From a bacterium (GTDB taxonomy: Bacteria > RBG-13-61-14 > DATKZS01), in assembly GCA_963674965.2 (NCBI GenBank), contig CAXXFL010000003.1:416001-480000 (forward strand): a stretch of DNA of 64,000 bases, in the 5' to 3' direction. Below the pieces are notes generated by a model that searched no databases, was not told the origin of the DNA, and saw nothing but the letters and a program-made list of their open reading frames with translations. This document shows, piece after piece, positions 55,304-64,000 of this stretch (position 1 is its first letter; the number at the start of each line of letters is the position of its first letter). The position numbers and the translations under genes are program-made.

Positions 55304-55984
55304 TTACTTCACCGGGACCCAGAAGTCGGCGTCCATCACCACGCATGAGGCCCCCGTCTGAGAGCAGGGCTTACCCTGGATATAGTCGTCAATGGCCACC
55401 ACCTGGGGAACGAATATCATGTTCCAGAACTCCATCATCTTGCCCTTGTGGTCCATCACCGCCAGGGCGTCCTCGAGGCTCACGCCCTGGTACTTCATCT
55501 GGTAATAAGCCGCCAGACGTCCAGTCCGGTGGCTGCCCGTCTTGCACCGGAATAAAAGCCCGGCCTTGTCATTTTTCGCCGACTCGACCTCCTTGTCGAA
55601 CCACTCGAGGAAACCATCGCTCACCGGGGTCAGTCCCTGGTTGACGTTATAGACGACCTGGATATCCTCGCATACTCCCTCCCTCTGGAACTTAAGCTCG
55701 CGAGTGGAGGCCGTTCCGTCCATTACGATCACGCGCTCGATTCCATACTCGGAGCACCATTTGGAAAAGGTCTCGCGACTGGGGGCCGCGCTTCGATAGA
55801 GCCGGAAGGACCTTTGCCCGCCGGGGTCGGGCTTTGGCCCGTCGATCCGGTGAAGGTTGTTATTCTCGCTTGTGTAACCCGCGCCCAAAAGCTCGTCCTT
55901 GTCCGAGGCGCCTCCGTTGAAAATCGCCGCGAGCATGATTGCCGCCGCGGTGAAAACCATGAAGACCGCGCTTTTAACTTTCAT
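55304..55984 (-). CDS. exported protein-tyrosine/dual-specificity phosphatase-like protein
   Basis: Signal-like N-terminus, LYRSAAP, and CX5R loop FRCKTGSHRTG; GGAGG SD. Confidence 0.82.
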   Translation of the reverse strand: MKVKSAVFMVFTAAAIMLAAIFNGGASDKDELLGAGYTSENNNLHRIDGPKPDPGGQRSFRLYRSAAPSRETFSKWCSEYGIERVIVMDGTASTRELKFQREGVCEDIQVVYNVNQGLTPVSDGFLEWFDKEVESAKNDKAGLLFRCKTGSHRTGRLAAYYQMKYQGVSLEDALAVMDHKGKMMEFWNMIFVPQVVAIDDYIQGKPCSQTGASCVVMDADFWVPVK

Positions 55985-56217
55985 TTTTTCCTCCCATGTT
56001 TCTCGCTTATCTTGGACTGCCCTTTATTTTCGAAAAGTCTAAAGGGCAATATCGGCGCCAAGGGAGGAAAGGCGGAAGACGGCCTCGGCGTAATACCCCG
56101 AGAGATATGCCGTTTCAAGGACCGCTCGGGCCCGCCGACCGATGGCCGGGAGGTTTTCGGTGAAATGATTTGTTTCGGAAAGGCGCCTTTGGCGAAAGAA
56201 AATCTCGCGGCCCGCGG

Positions 56218-57093
56218 CTATTCCTTTTGCCCGCCGGGCGCCTTGGGAAGGATGATATGGAAGCTCGATCCGTGTCCCGGTCCGGGGCTTTCGGCCCAGA
56301 CCTTTCCTTTATGCGCCTTGATCGAGCTTTTGACGATGTACAGTCCCAATCCCGTTCCGCCCTGCTTGCCCGAGGCCCGGTGGAACTCGGTGAAGATTTT
56401 CTTGAGTTGTTTTTTTTCTATGCCGTCCCCATCGTCGCTCAAGGTCAGGTGGATTTTTTTTTCTTCCCCTCGAAGGGAGATGGAAATCGAGGGCTTGCCG
56501 CTCGAGTATCTTATGGAGTTCTCGATCAGGTTCTTAAGGACCGCGTCAAAGGCGTTGGGATCGATCATGGCCAAACACCCGGGAGCAAGATCGAGCCTTA
56601 GCTTTATCTTCTCGACCATCTGGGGGCGTGAGGCGAGGAACACCTCGATAAGGTCGGCCATGTCGTTTTCCTCCGGGTGGTAGACGGCCTTGCCCCGGTC
56701 GATCCTGGAGGCGGCCAGGACGCCGGCTATCGAGTCGCCCAGGCGCTGGGAGTCCTCGAGCATGAGCCGCAAAAAGGCCTCGCGCTTTTCCTCGTCCAAC
56801 TCCCGCATCATCATGGTCTCGATGTAAAGGCGAAGGGAGGCCAGGGGGGTGAGAAGCTCGTGGCTGACGCTGGAGATGAAGTTGACCCTCTCCAGGTCCA
56901 GGATTCTCACCTTGTTCCAGAAAACGAAAATGATGGTCGAGGCCCCTATCACGGGAATCATGAGGAATATGCCCTGCAGCAGGCTCCAGACCTGCGGACG
57001 CGAGGTCGCGTGCCACACTATCCAAAGCACAAGCACCGCCACCGAGGCCACCTGTCCCAGAACGAAGAATATTATGGGGACCCGCTTTTTCAT
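56218..57093 (-). CDS. sensor histidine kinase (two TM helices, minimal sensor)
   Basis: SHELLTPL H-box, NLIENSIRY, DDGDGI, GTGLGL and GSSF motifs. Confidence 0.93.
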   Translation of the reverse strand: MKKRVPIIFFVLGQVASVAVLVLWIVWHATSRPQVWSLLQGIFLMIPVIGASTIIFVFWNKVRILDLERVNFISSVSHELLTPLASLRLYIETMMMRELDEEKREAFLRLMLEDSQRLGDSIAGVLAASRIDRGKAVYHPEENDMADLIEVFLASRPQMVEKIKLRLDLAPGCLAMIDPNAFDAVLKNLIENSIRYSSGKPSISISLRGEEKKIHLTLSDDGDGIEKKQLKKIFTEFHRASGKQGGTGLGLYIVKSSIKAHKGKVWAESPGPGHGSSFHIILPKAPGGQKE

Positions 57094-57400
57094 GAGCGTT
57101 CTTCATCGTAGTGCCCCGGCCTGGTAAAATCAATCTTGCAAGCAAGGAAAAACCGGATATTTGACGCCCTTGGCGCCGAATAAAGCCAAGAAATTTCCCC
57201 GGGTTTGATTTTACCCTCCTTCTTTGATAGCGTTATTTGGCGCGTTTTTCGCCGTGTATGGCCCCTTTGGGGGATTAAGGACCTTTTTTATTGGCGAAAA
57301 AAGGCGCGAGTCCTCGGCCATTTGCCCCGCCGTTTTGCCCAAGCGGCCGGTAAAGCCCGACAAGGACTGAAACATTCAAACGATCGGGAGAAATTTCTAC

Positions 57401-59056
57401 ATGGTAAAAGATCATTCGTCTGAAGTCGAGTATTCGGTAAGTCCGGACGGACGCAAGTTTCCCCTTCCCACGGAGGCGGATTACAAGGAGGAGAGAAAGA
57501 GGCTCGACCGTCTCGTGCTCGAGAAAAGACGGGAAGGCTACGAGATAGTCGTGGTCGTGGGCCTTGGCTTCGTGGGCGCGGTCATGGCGGCGGTGGTGGC
57601 CGACAGCGTGGACAAGAACACGGGCATGCCGGGCAAGTTCGTGATCGGCATGCAGCGCCCCAGCCCCCGGTCGTACTGGAAGACTCCCCTCATCAACGAG
57701 GGGGAGTGCCCCATCAAGGCCGAGGACCCGGAGGTGGAAATCCTCATTACGCGCTGCGTCCAGGAAAAGAAAACCATGATCGCGACCTATTCCAACGACG
57801 CCCTCAAGTTCGCAGACGTGATCGTGGTTGACGTGCAGTGCGATTATCTAAAGGAGGACCTTGGCGACCTTCTTACCGGCTCGGTGGCCATGAAGGCCCT
57901 CGAGGAGTCATTAAAGACCATCGGCGAGAACATGCGTCCCGAGGCCCTGGTCCTTATCGAGACCACCGTGGCTCCGGGCACCACGGAGAAGGTGGCCTAC
58001 CCCATCATCGAGGCGGAGTTCAAGAAAAGGGGCATCGACTCCCCTCCCCTGCTGTCCCATTCCTACGAGCGGGTCATGCCCGGCCGGGACTACGTGGCCA
58101 GCATTCGCGATTTCTGGCGTGTCTGCTCGGGGGTGGACGAGGTCAGCCGGAAAAGAGTCAAGAAGTTCCTCTCCGAGGTACTCAACGTGGACGACTATCC
58201 GCTGACCGTTCTCGATAAGCCCATCGAGAGCGAGACGGCCAAGATCGTCGAGAACAGCTATCGCGCCACCATCCTGGCCTTCATGGACGAGTGGACCAGG
58301 TTCGCTGAGAAGCACGGGGTGGACCTGCAAAAGGTCATCCAGGCGATAAAGGTCAGGCCCACTCACTCGAACATGCTCTTCCCCGGTCCCGGCATCGGCG
58401 GATACTGCCTGCCCAAGGACGGGGGCCTGGGCATCTGGGCCCACCGCAACATCCTCAAGGACAATGAGAACATCTTCAAGATGACCCAGCTCGCCATCAA
58501 TATCAACGACACGCGGGGCCTTCACGCGGCCGAGGTCGTGGCCCGGACCCTTAAAGAGGCGGGCAAGGACGTCAAGGGGGCCAAGGTGCTGGTGTGCGGC
58601 GCCAGCTACAGGGAGGACGTGGGAGACACCCGCTACTCGGGATCGGAGCTGGTGGTGAGAAAGCTGGCCCACATGGGGGCCAAGGTCTACGCCCACGACC
58701 CCTACGTCGGCCACTGGTACGAGTTCGAGAAGCAGGAGTCCTACCCATATCCCAAGCACTCCCTGGCCCGGTTCTTCGAGAACCAGGAGCCGCTCAAGAA
58801 CCTTAAGGTCCAAAAAGACCTTGGCCATGCCCTGAAGAACATGGACGCCGTTTTCTTCGCCGTGAGGCACGAGGAATATCTTGGCCTCGAGCCCGCCAAG
58901 GTGGTCGATTGGGCCGAGGGTCCCATCGCCATAGTGGACGGGTTCGCCCTCTTGCCCGACGAGAAAATTATCGAGTACCTCGAACTGGGCTGCGCGGTAA
59001 GGGCCCTGGGCCGGGGACACGTGGACCGGCTTAAGGAAAAGCTGGCCAAGGCCTGA
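57401..59056 (+). CDS. nucleotide-sugar dehydrogenase (UDP-glucose/GDP-mannose/UDP-HexNAc family)
   Basis: GLGFVG, ETTVAPGTT, ERVMPG, KIVENSYR, GIGGYCLPKD and DTRYS motifs. Confidence 0.93.
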   Translation: MVKDHSSEVEYSVSPDGRKFPLPTEADYKEERKRLDRLVLEKRREGYEIVVVVGLGFVGAVMAAVVADSVDKNTGMPGKFVIGMQRPSPRSYWKTPLINEGECPIKAEDPEVEILITRCVQEKKTMIATYSNDALKFADVIVVDVQCDYLKEDLGDLLTGSVAMKALEESLKTIGENMRPEALVLIETTVAPGTTEKVAYPIIEAEFKKRGIDSPPLLSHSYERVMPGRDYVASIRDFWRVCSGVDEVSRKRVKKFLSEVLNVDDYPLTVLDKPIESETAKIVENSYRATILAFMDEWTRFAEKHGVDLQKVIQAIKVRPTHSNMLFPGPGIGGYCLPKDGGLGIWAHRNILKDNENIFKMTQLAININDTRGLHAAEVVARTLKEAGKDVKGAKVLVCGASYREDVGDTRYSGSELVVRKLAHMGAKVYAHDPYVGHWYEFEKQESYPYPKHSLARFFENQEPLKNLKVQKDLGHALKNMDAVFFAVRHEEYLGLEPAKVVDWAEGPIAIVDGFALLPDEKIIEYLELGCAVRALGRGHVDRLKEKLAKA

Positions 59057-59117
59057 TCGAAGCAAGTTAAAGGCGGCCGACGCGTCGCGAGCAAGGGCCG
59101 CGAATGGAGGGATGTAA

Positions 59118-60107
59118 ATGAAAAGACTTATTCTCGCGTGCGTTCTCACGGTCCTGGCGTCCACCGTCTGCCTGGCGGGCATGAACAGGGAGGACTACTG
59201 GGACGTTCTTTCAACCAAGGCCGAGGCCGAGCGTATGGAGACCCTGGGCGTGGTTTTCACGGAGCCGGGAGACGCCTCGGACGACTATATGCCCTATCTG
59301 AAGAACGAGGCCCCCATTACTCAAAAGGACTGGTTTTCCGATATAAGATATTCCATGATCGAGGAGCCGGAAGCGGGCGACAAGGAAAAACTTTCGTCCG
59401 CCCTCAAGGAAGCCGCCGAGGACCTTAATATCATGGTCAAGGCAAGCCGCAAGAAAGAATGCAACGTTTACGGAAAACATATTAAACCCAACGTCGAGAA
59501 GACCTTTTACGCCGACGACATATTGAACTATATCAGCGTCATGCGACTTTGCGTGCTCCTTAGTGCCCGGGCCGAGGAACTGGCGGACCAGGGCAAGTTC
59601 GACGAGGCCAAGGAACAGGGGCTCGCCGTTATGAGGATCGGTAGCCACATGGAAAACGATCCCATCTTCATCGGCTACGTACTGGCGGCGGCTATCAAGA
59701 AAAACGGCGCCAAGTCCATGGTTACCGTCTGTGAAAAAAGCCAAAGTCCCGGGGAAGTAAAAGCCTGGAAGATGTACCTGGACGTGCTTAAGGGCAGGGA
59801 ACTGGTCAGGAACTCCCTTTTCATGGAGTTCCAGTTCTCCTTCGGGGAAGAGGACATGAGGAAACTTGTGGCCAAGGAGGATTTCCCCCGCGCCATGAAG
59901 CTCGAGCTCATCAGCGGCAAGTATTACTGCATCGAGTCCAAGTCCATGTTCCTGCGGTGCGCGGCCCTGGGTCCTCCCGATTACGTCATCGAGGTCATGG
60001 ACCAGTTCGCCAAGGAAAGCGAGATAAACAAGCTCTTTATGGACCAGCTTAAAGCCCACGAACTGGGCCTTAAAGACATCAGTTTTATCGAAACCATCGG
60101 CCCGTGA
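59118..60107 (+). CDS. exported hypothetical helical protein
   Basis: Signal peptide, GGAGG SD, helical composition, followed by a terminator. Confidence 0.75.
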   Translation: MKRLILACVLTVLASTVCLAGMNREDYWDVLSTKAEAERMETLGVVFTEPGDASDDYMPYLKNEAPITQKDWFSDIRYSMIEEPEAGDKEKLSSALKEAAEDLNIMVKASRKKECNVYGKHIKPNVEKTFYADDILNYISVMRLCVLLSARAEELADQGKFDEAKEQGLAVMRIGSHMENDPIFIGYVLAAAIKKNGAKSMVTVCEKSQSPGEVKAWKMYLDVLKGRELVRNSLFMEFQFSFGEEDMRKLVAKEDFPRAMKLELISGKYYCIESKSMFLRCAALGPPDYVIEVMDQFAKESEINKLFMDQLKAHELGLKDISFIETIGP

Positions 60108-60123
60108 AATTTTTCGGCTTTTT

Positions 60124-60154
60124 AAAAGGGCCCCTTTGCCGGGGCCTTTTTTTT
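60124..60154. terminator. bidirectional intrinsic terminator
   Basis: AAAAGGGCCCC-loop-GGGGCCTTTTTTTT between convergent genes. Confidence 0.8.
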
Positions 60155-60202
60155 GGCGTCTTGATTATTTTTCGGCCAAGGATGGCTCTCGAAAAGGCCA
60201 GG

Positions 60203-61777
60203 TCATCGCCTCTTTTGGATAAGCTCGGTAAGGCTGATTTCCCTCGCGGATATCGCTTTGTCCCACTTGGGACCGCGCTTCAAGAAAAGGGCGGTAACGG
60301 AGTCCAGATGCACCAGTGCCCAATCGTCTTGCTTGGCGAGCTCGAGGGCGAAGTTCCTTTGCCCGGACCCGACGTGCCTGATCAGGACCGCCTCGGCCGC
60401 GTATTGGTCGGATAATCGGCGGAATACGACGGGATCGGTAAAGGCGGCGTTATAAAGCTTCAGGGCCTTCTCCCCTCCGACCTCCATGCGGGAGTCGGCG
60501 AACACCTTCCAGTCGGGCCAGCCCCTCCAGATGAGGTACCCACCAAGGCCCGAGTCGTTGATAATGTTTCCCTTATAGCCGATGGATAAAAGAAGATCGG
60601 CCGCCTGGGCGGGATAGGTTATTCGGGACAGGCCGAAACCCGGCTCGCGCCCGGTCGAGTCCCAGGTCCTTACGGGCGCGGCCAGGGAAAGGACCGAAAG
60701 AAAAATGGCAAGGACAAGAGCCAAGATACCCGCCGCGGGCTCGAGCCTCCTCGCCAAGGCGGGCCATTTCCCGACCGGGTCCGCCGCCTCCAGGTGGACG
60801 GCGGCAAGGTGCATGAGGGCGACGCTCGCTATGCCGGTATTCCTTCTCGCCATGATGGCCATTGCCACGAGAATGAGGTTGAAGATTAAGAGGACGGGCC
60901 TTATGGCTCTTCCCGATAAGGCCGCCGCGGCCAGGCAGCACGCGGCGAACAAGGAGAAGGGGACCGCCTGCTTAAGGTAGAGGGGACTGGCGAAAAGGGG
61001 CTGGAATTCCCTTATTACCTGTTTGTGGTAAGTGGTTTCGAGGGCGACTTCCCTCAGGAGAGTCAAGGGAAAGAGGAAGCCCTTCACTCCGTAAGGTTGG
61101 CAAAGCCCGGCCGCGGCGAGGGCGACCACCACCAGGGCAAAGGCGTAAAGGGGAGGGGAAAACCCCCGTTCATTTGCCTTGCGCGCCTTGTCCAGCGCCA
61201 GCTCTCCCAGGTAAACGCAGGCTATCCCGAAGCCGATCGGCCAGAGTCCCTCCAGGTTGGCCCATAGGATTTGAACGAGGGGGGCCAGGAAAAGAAGCGC
61301 CGGCCGGCCCCGCCGGGCTCGCTCCAGAATTACGAAGAGAAGTGCCATGCAAAAAAAGGTCGGCGCCTCGGGTCTCCAGGTGAGACGAGGATTGAGGGCG
61401 ACCAGGAAGAGGACCATTATAAAAGCCAAGAGTCCCATGGGATAGCGGCGGGGGAGAAGGAGGAAACAAGCCATGATCGCGGCCGCGGCGGCCATATTCA
61501 GCGCCGTTATGGAAAAGGCCCCGAGGCGGTCGTAAAAAAACCAGGTTATGACCTGGAAAAGCCACTGGGCGTCAATCCATTCCGCGCCTTGACGGACAAA
61601 GGAGTACTCGTCCACGCGGGGAACGGCCATCCTTTTCAGGATCAACTCGCCCGTCTTCAGGTGCCAGGGAAGGTCCGCTCCCCTGGGCTTGGTGGCCGCC
61701 AGGGAAAGGGCCAGGATAATACTCGAACCCGAGGCAAGAAGACCGATATATTCGCGCCTTTTCTCCAGAACGATCAC
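60203..61777 (-). CDS. multi-pass membrane protein, probable GT-C-like glycosyltransferase
   Basis: DLPWHLKTG, QWLFQ, RPE, LWANL, REFQP, GGYLIW and FADSR pattern with about 10 TM helices. Confidence 0.75.
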   Translation of the reverse strand: MIVLEKRREYIGLLASGSSIILALSLAATKPRGADLPWHLKTGELILKRMAVPRVDEYSFVRQGAEWIDAQWLFQVITWFFYDRLGAFSITALNMAAAAAIMACFLLLPRRYPMGLLAFIMVLFLVALNPRLTWRPEAPTFFCMALLFVILERARRGRPALLFLAPLVQILWANLEGLWPIGFGIACVYLGELALDKARKANERGFSPPLYAFALVVVALAAAGLCQPYGVKGFLFPLTLLREVALETTYHKQVIREFQPLFASPLYLKQAVPFSLFAACCLAAAALSGRAIRPVLLIFNLILVAMAIMARRNTGIASVALMHLAAVHLEAADPVGKWPALARRLEPAAGILALVLAIFLSVLSLAAPVRTWDSTGREPGFGLSRITYPAQAADLLLSIGYKGNIINDSGLGGYLIWRGWPDWKVFADSRMEVGGEKALKLYNAAFTDPVVFRRLSDQYAAEAVLIRHVGSGQRNFALELAKQDDWALVHLDSVTALFLKRGPKWDKAISAREISLTELIQKRR

Positions 61778-61843
61778 GGGCCGATTATAGCAGACGATGC
61801 CCCTTATTGACAGGGGCGGGCATGGACGCGATTTGGATGGAAA

Positions 61844-62578
61844 TCAGCGCAACCAGACGGGCTCGCTCACGAGTTTTTCGTTGATAAAGGCGGCTATCCG
61901 TTCCTGCACCGACGGGTCGATATGGATGAATTTCACTCCCATGCCGGGGAGGGATGATTTTTTACAGTAGGTTTCGTACTCGTTGTTCCACACCACCAGG
62001 CCGGTGGCCTTCACGGGCAGGTCGAGTTCCGGTATCTTGAACTGGATTTCGACGATTTCCTCGCTGGGGGCGGGGTCTATGGTGCGGATGAAAGTGCCGC
62101 CGGCCGAGAAATTGGAGGTATAGTTGGCGTATTGTTCGCCGTTGATTTTATAGGTGACCGGCAGGGACTTGAGCAGGCGGGGGTGGTTCCTCGAGTTGCT
62201 CTGACCCATGTGGAACACCTGGTTGACGCGAAACAGCACCTCGTCCACCAGGGCCGTCTTGGTGATGTAGCCGGTCGCTCCCAGTTCCTTCAAGCGGTCG
62301 ATTTCCTTGTCGCTCTTGAAAATGCCCGTAACCACAAGGACCCTTTGGTCCAGTTGGTTTTCCTGAATGTTTTCCAAAACCTCGAAACCGGTCATACGGG
62401 GCATTAAAAGATCGAGGATGACCAGGTCGATCCCGTCGCTCTCTTCGTCCAGTATGTGCCAGGCTTCCTCGCCGTCGCAGGCGGTCAAAACCTGGTATCC
62501 GGCCTCGGTCAAGACGTCCTGGAGCATTACCCTCATGGGCAGGGTATCGTCGGCGACCAGTATTTTTTTCGTTCCTAT
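61844..62578 (-). CDS. response regulator with C-terminal PilZ domain; non-canonical start probable
   Basis: REC domain (KKILVADD, LDLLMP, ITK) plus PilZ (RNHPR, NFSAGG, GMGVKF). The frame is open upstream of ATG 62536 to an AAGGAG SD, but that stretch has no ATG, GTG or TTG. Confidence 0.85.
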   Translation of the reverse strand: MGTKKILVADDTLPMRVMLQDVLTEAGYQVLTACDGEEAWHILDEESDGIDLVILDLLMPRMTGFEVLENIQENQLDQRVLVVTGIFKSDKEIDRLKELGATGYITKTALVDEVLFRVNQVFHMGQSNSRNHPRLLKSLPVTYKINGEQYANYTSNFSAGGTFIRTIDPAPSEEIVEIQFKIPELDLPVKATGLVVWNNEYETYCKKSSLPGMGVKFIHIDPSVQERIAAFINEKLVSEPVWLR

Positions 62579-62941
62579 AATCGCAATACTCCTTGATTAA
62601 TTTAAATTAATCTAATAATAAAATCAAGGATTATTTTACGCCGGCTCGATCGAGATGGCCCTTACGTTTCAAATCTCTAATTTAAAAAGAAAAAATTCCA
62701 AGAATAAGAAAAAGGTGCAGTAATTTGAAAAAATGATGCCATATGCTTCGATGATATTAACACCAAAGACGTACTATTGCAAGAACAATTTTCCCGTTCG
62801 GTAACAATTTCCTTTATTACTAAATATTATCTTTTTTTTCAGAAGTTAACTCCGTTGTTAATTGACTTTTTTTGACTATAAATCCGGGGCGGTTAAAAAC
62901 CTCGCTTGCCCGGAGGGAGAAGGGGGAGTAAACTCTCCTTT

Positions 62942-63940
62942 GTGAAAGCGAAACCCAAAATAGGCATTACTTCCACCGTGCCCATCGAGATTATTCTGGC
63001 GGCCGGACTCGAGCCGGTGGACCTGAATAACGTCTTTATCGGCTCCGACTCCCCCCTGGCCATGGTCGCCCTGGCCGAGGACCGCGGATTTCCCGGCAAC
63101 TCCTGCGCCTGGATCAAGGGCATGTACGGAGCGGCCAATGTCCATGGCGTGAAAAGGGTCCTGGGCGTGACCCGGGGCGACTGCACCAACTCGGAAAAAC
63201 TCCTGGAAATATGGAGACATGATGGACTTAAGACGGACCGCTTCGCCTTTCCCGACGAGCCGGACGAGGCCGCCCTCGCCTCCGAGCTCGAGAGACTGGC
63301 CCGAGCGCTGGGTCCCAGCCTCGCCGAGGCCGAAAAAAAACGGCTCGAGCTTTTGCCCCTCCGGCGGTCCCTCGAGGAACTCGACCGCATGACCTGGCAG
63401 GACGGCCTGGTATCGGGCGCGGAAAACCACCTGTGGCTGGTCGGCTCGAGCGACTTCGGCGGAAATCCCGAGCGCTTTCACCGGCGGCTGATCGAGTTCA
63501 TGGAAGAGGCCAAAACTCGGACTCCCCGGCGCCCGGCGCCCAGGCTGGGCTACCTGGGCGTTCCTCCCATCGCGCCCGACCTGTACGAATTTATCGAGGG
63601 ACTCGGGGCCGGAGTGGTTTTTAACGAGGTCCAGCGCCAGTTTTCCATGCCCGGCGACCGGGGAGGGCTGGCCGCGCAATACGCCGCCTATACCTACCCC
63701 TACGACACCGCGGGCCGGGTCCGGGATATAAAGCGCGAGATCGAGAAGAGGAACTTGGCCGGCCTCGTCCATTACGCCCAGACCTTCTGCCCCCGCCGGC
63801 TGGAGTCGATCCTGCTGGAGGAGATCCTGCCCGCGCCGGTCATTACCATCGAGGCCGACAAGCCCGGCCCCCTCGAGGCCCGTACCAAGACCCGTCTTGA
63901 GGCCTTTATCGAGGGCCTAAAAGCCCGCCATCGTTCATGA
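62942..63940 (+). CDS. 2-hydroxyacyl-CoA dehydratase (HgdA/B, BcrB/C-like) subunit
   Basis: IGITSTVPIE, PVDLNNVFI, CAWIKG, GDCTN, HYAQTFC and TRLEAFIE motifs; start uncertain. Confidence 0.85.
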   Translation: MKAKPKIGITSTVPIEIILAAGLEPVDLNNVFIGSDSPLAMVALAEDRGFPGNSCAWIKGMYGAANVHGVKRVLGVTRGDCTNSEKLLEIWRHDGLKTDRFAFPDEPDEAALASELERLARALGPSLAEAEKKRLELLPLRRSLEELDRMTWQDGLVSGAENHLWLVGSSDFGGNPERFHRRLIEFMEEAKTRTPRRPAPRLGYLGVPPIAPDLYEFIEGLGAGVVFNEVQRQFSMPGDRGGLAAQYAAYTYPYDTAGRVRDIKREIEKRNLAGLVHYAQTFCPRRLESILLEEILPAPVITIEADKPGPLEARTKTRLEAFIEGLKARHRS

Positions 63941-64000
63941 TTCATTATTTATACATATTGTTTCACAAGGATTGACGGGCCCAGTTCTTGCGATTATCGA

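Noticed and set aside
56070-56120. Nested stem (GACGGC/CTCGG...CCGAG/GCCGTT) upstream of the phosphatase gene
   Set aside because: A single modest hairpin in GC-rich DNA that matches no known motif; too weak to call.

Overview
This is a GC-rich, gene-dense bacterial chromosome segment. Gene content (tetraheme cytochrome c3, zinc-ribbon/DUF3426 protein, REC-PilZ regulator, DUF6178-like protein, long KamA, many Fe-S enzymes) suggests an anaerobic deltaproteobacterium-like organism; that taxonomy is an inference. It holds about 50 CDSs. These include housekeeping genes (proS, aroF, panE, ABC-F, class II photolyase, xylulokinase, nucleotide-sugar dehydrogenase), lipid/acyl-CoA catabolism genes, envelope proteins and signalling genes. 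I saw no rRNA, tRNA, CRISPR array, integrase or transposase. The main leads are: (1) strong over-representation of the palindrome CTCGAG, which is scarce in the AT-richer segments; (2) a six-gene redox cluster at 39.7-47.4 kb (secreted unknown, CCG Fe-S protein, two FAD oxidoreductases, UroD/MT2-like protein, cytochrome c3) behind a perfect palindrome that partly recurs upstream of an acyl-CoA dehydrogenase; (3) a secreted protein with two ~240-aa repeats carrying dockerin-like Ca loops, behind a ~420-nt hairpin-rich leader; (4) a response regulator that appears to need an ATT/ATA start; (5) Rhs debris at the left edge. All family calls come from motif recognition by eye; no searches were run.
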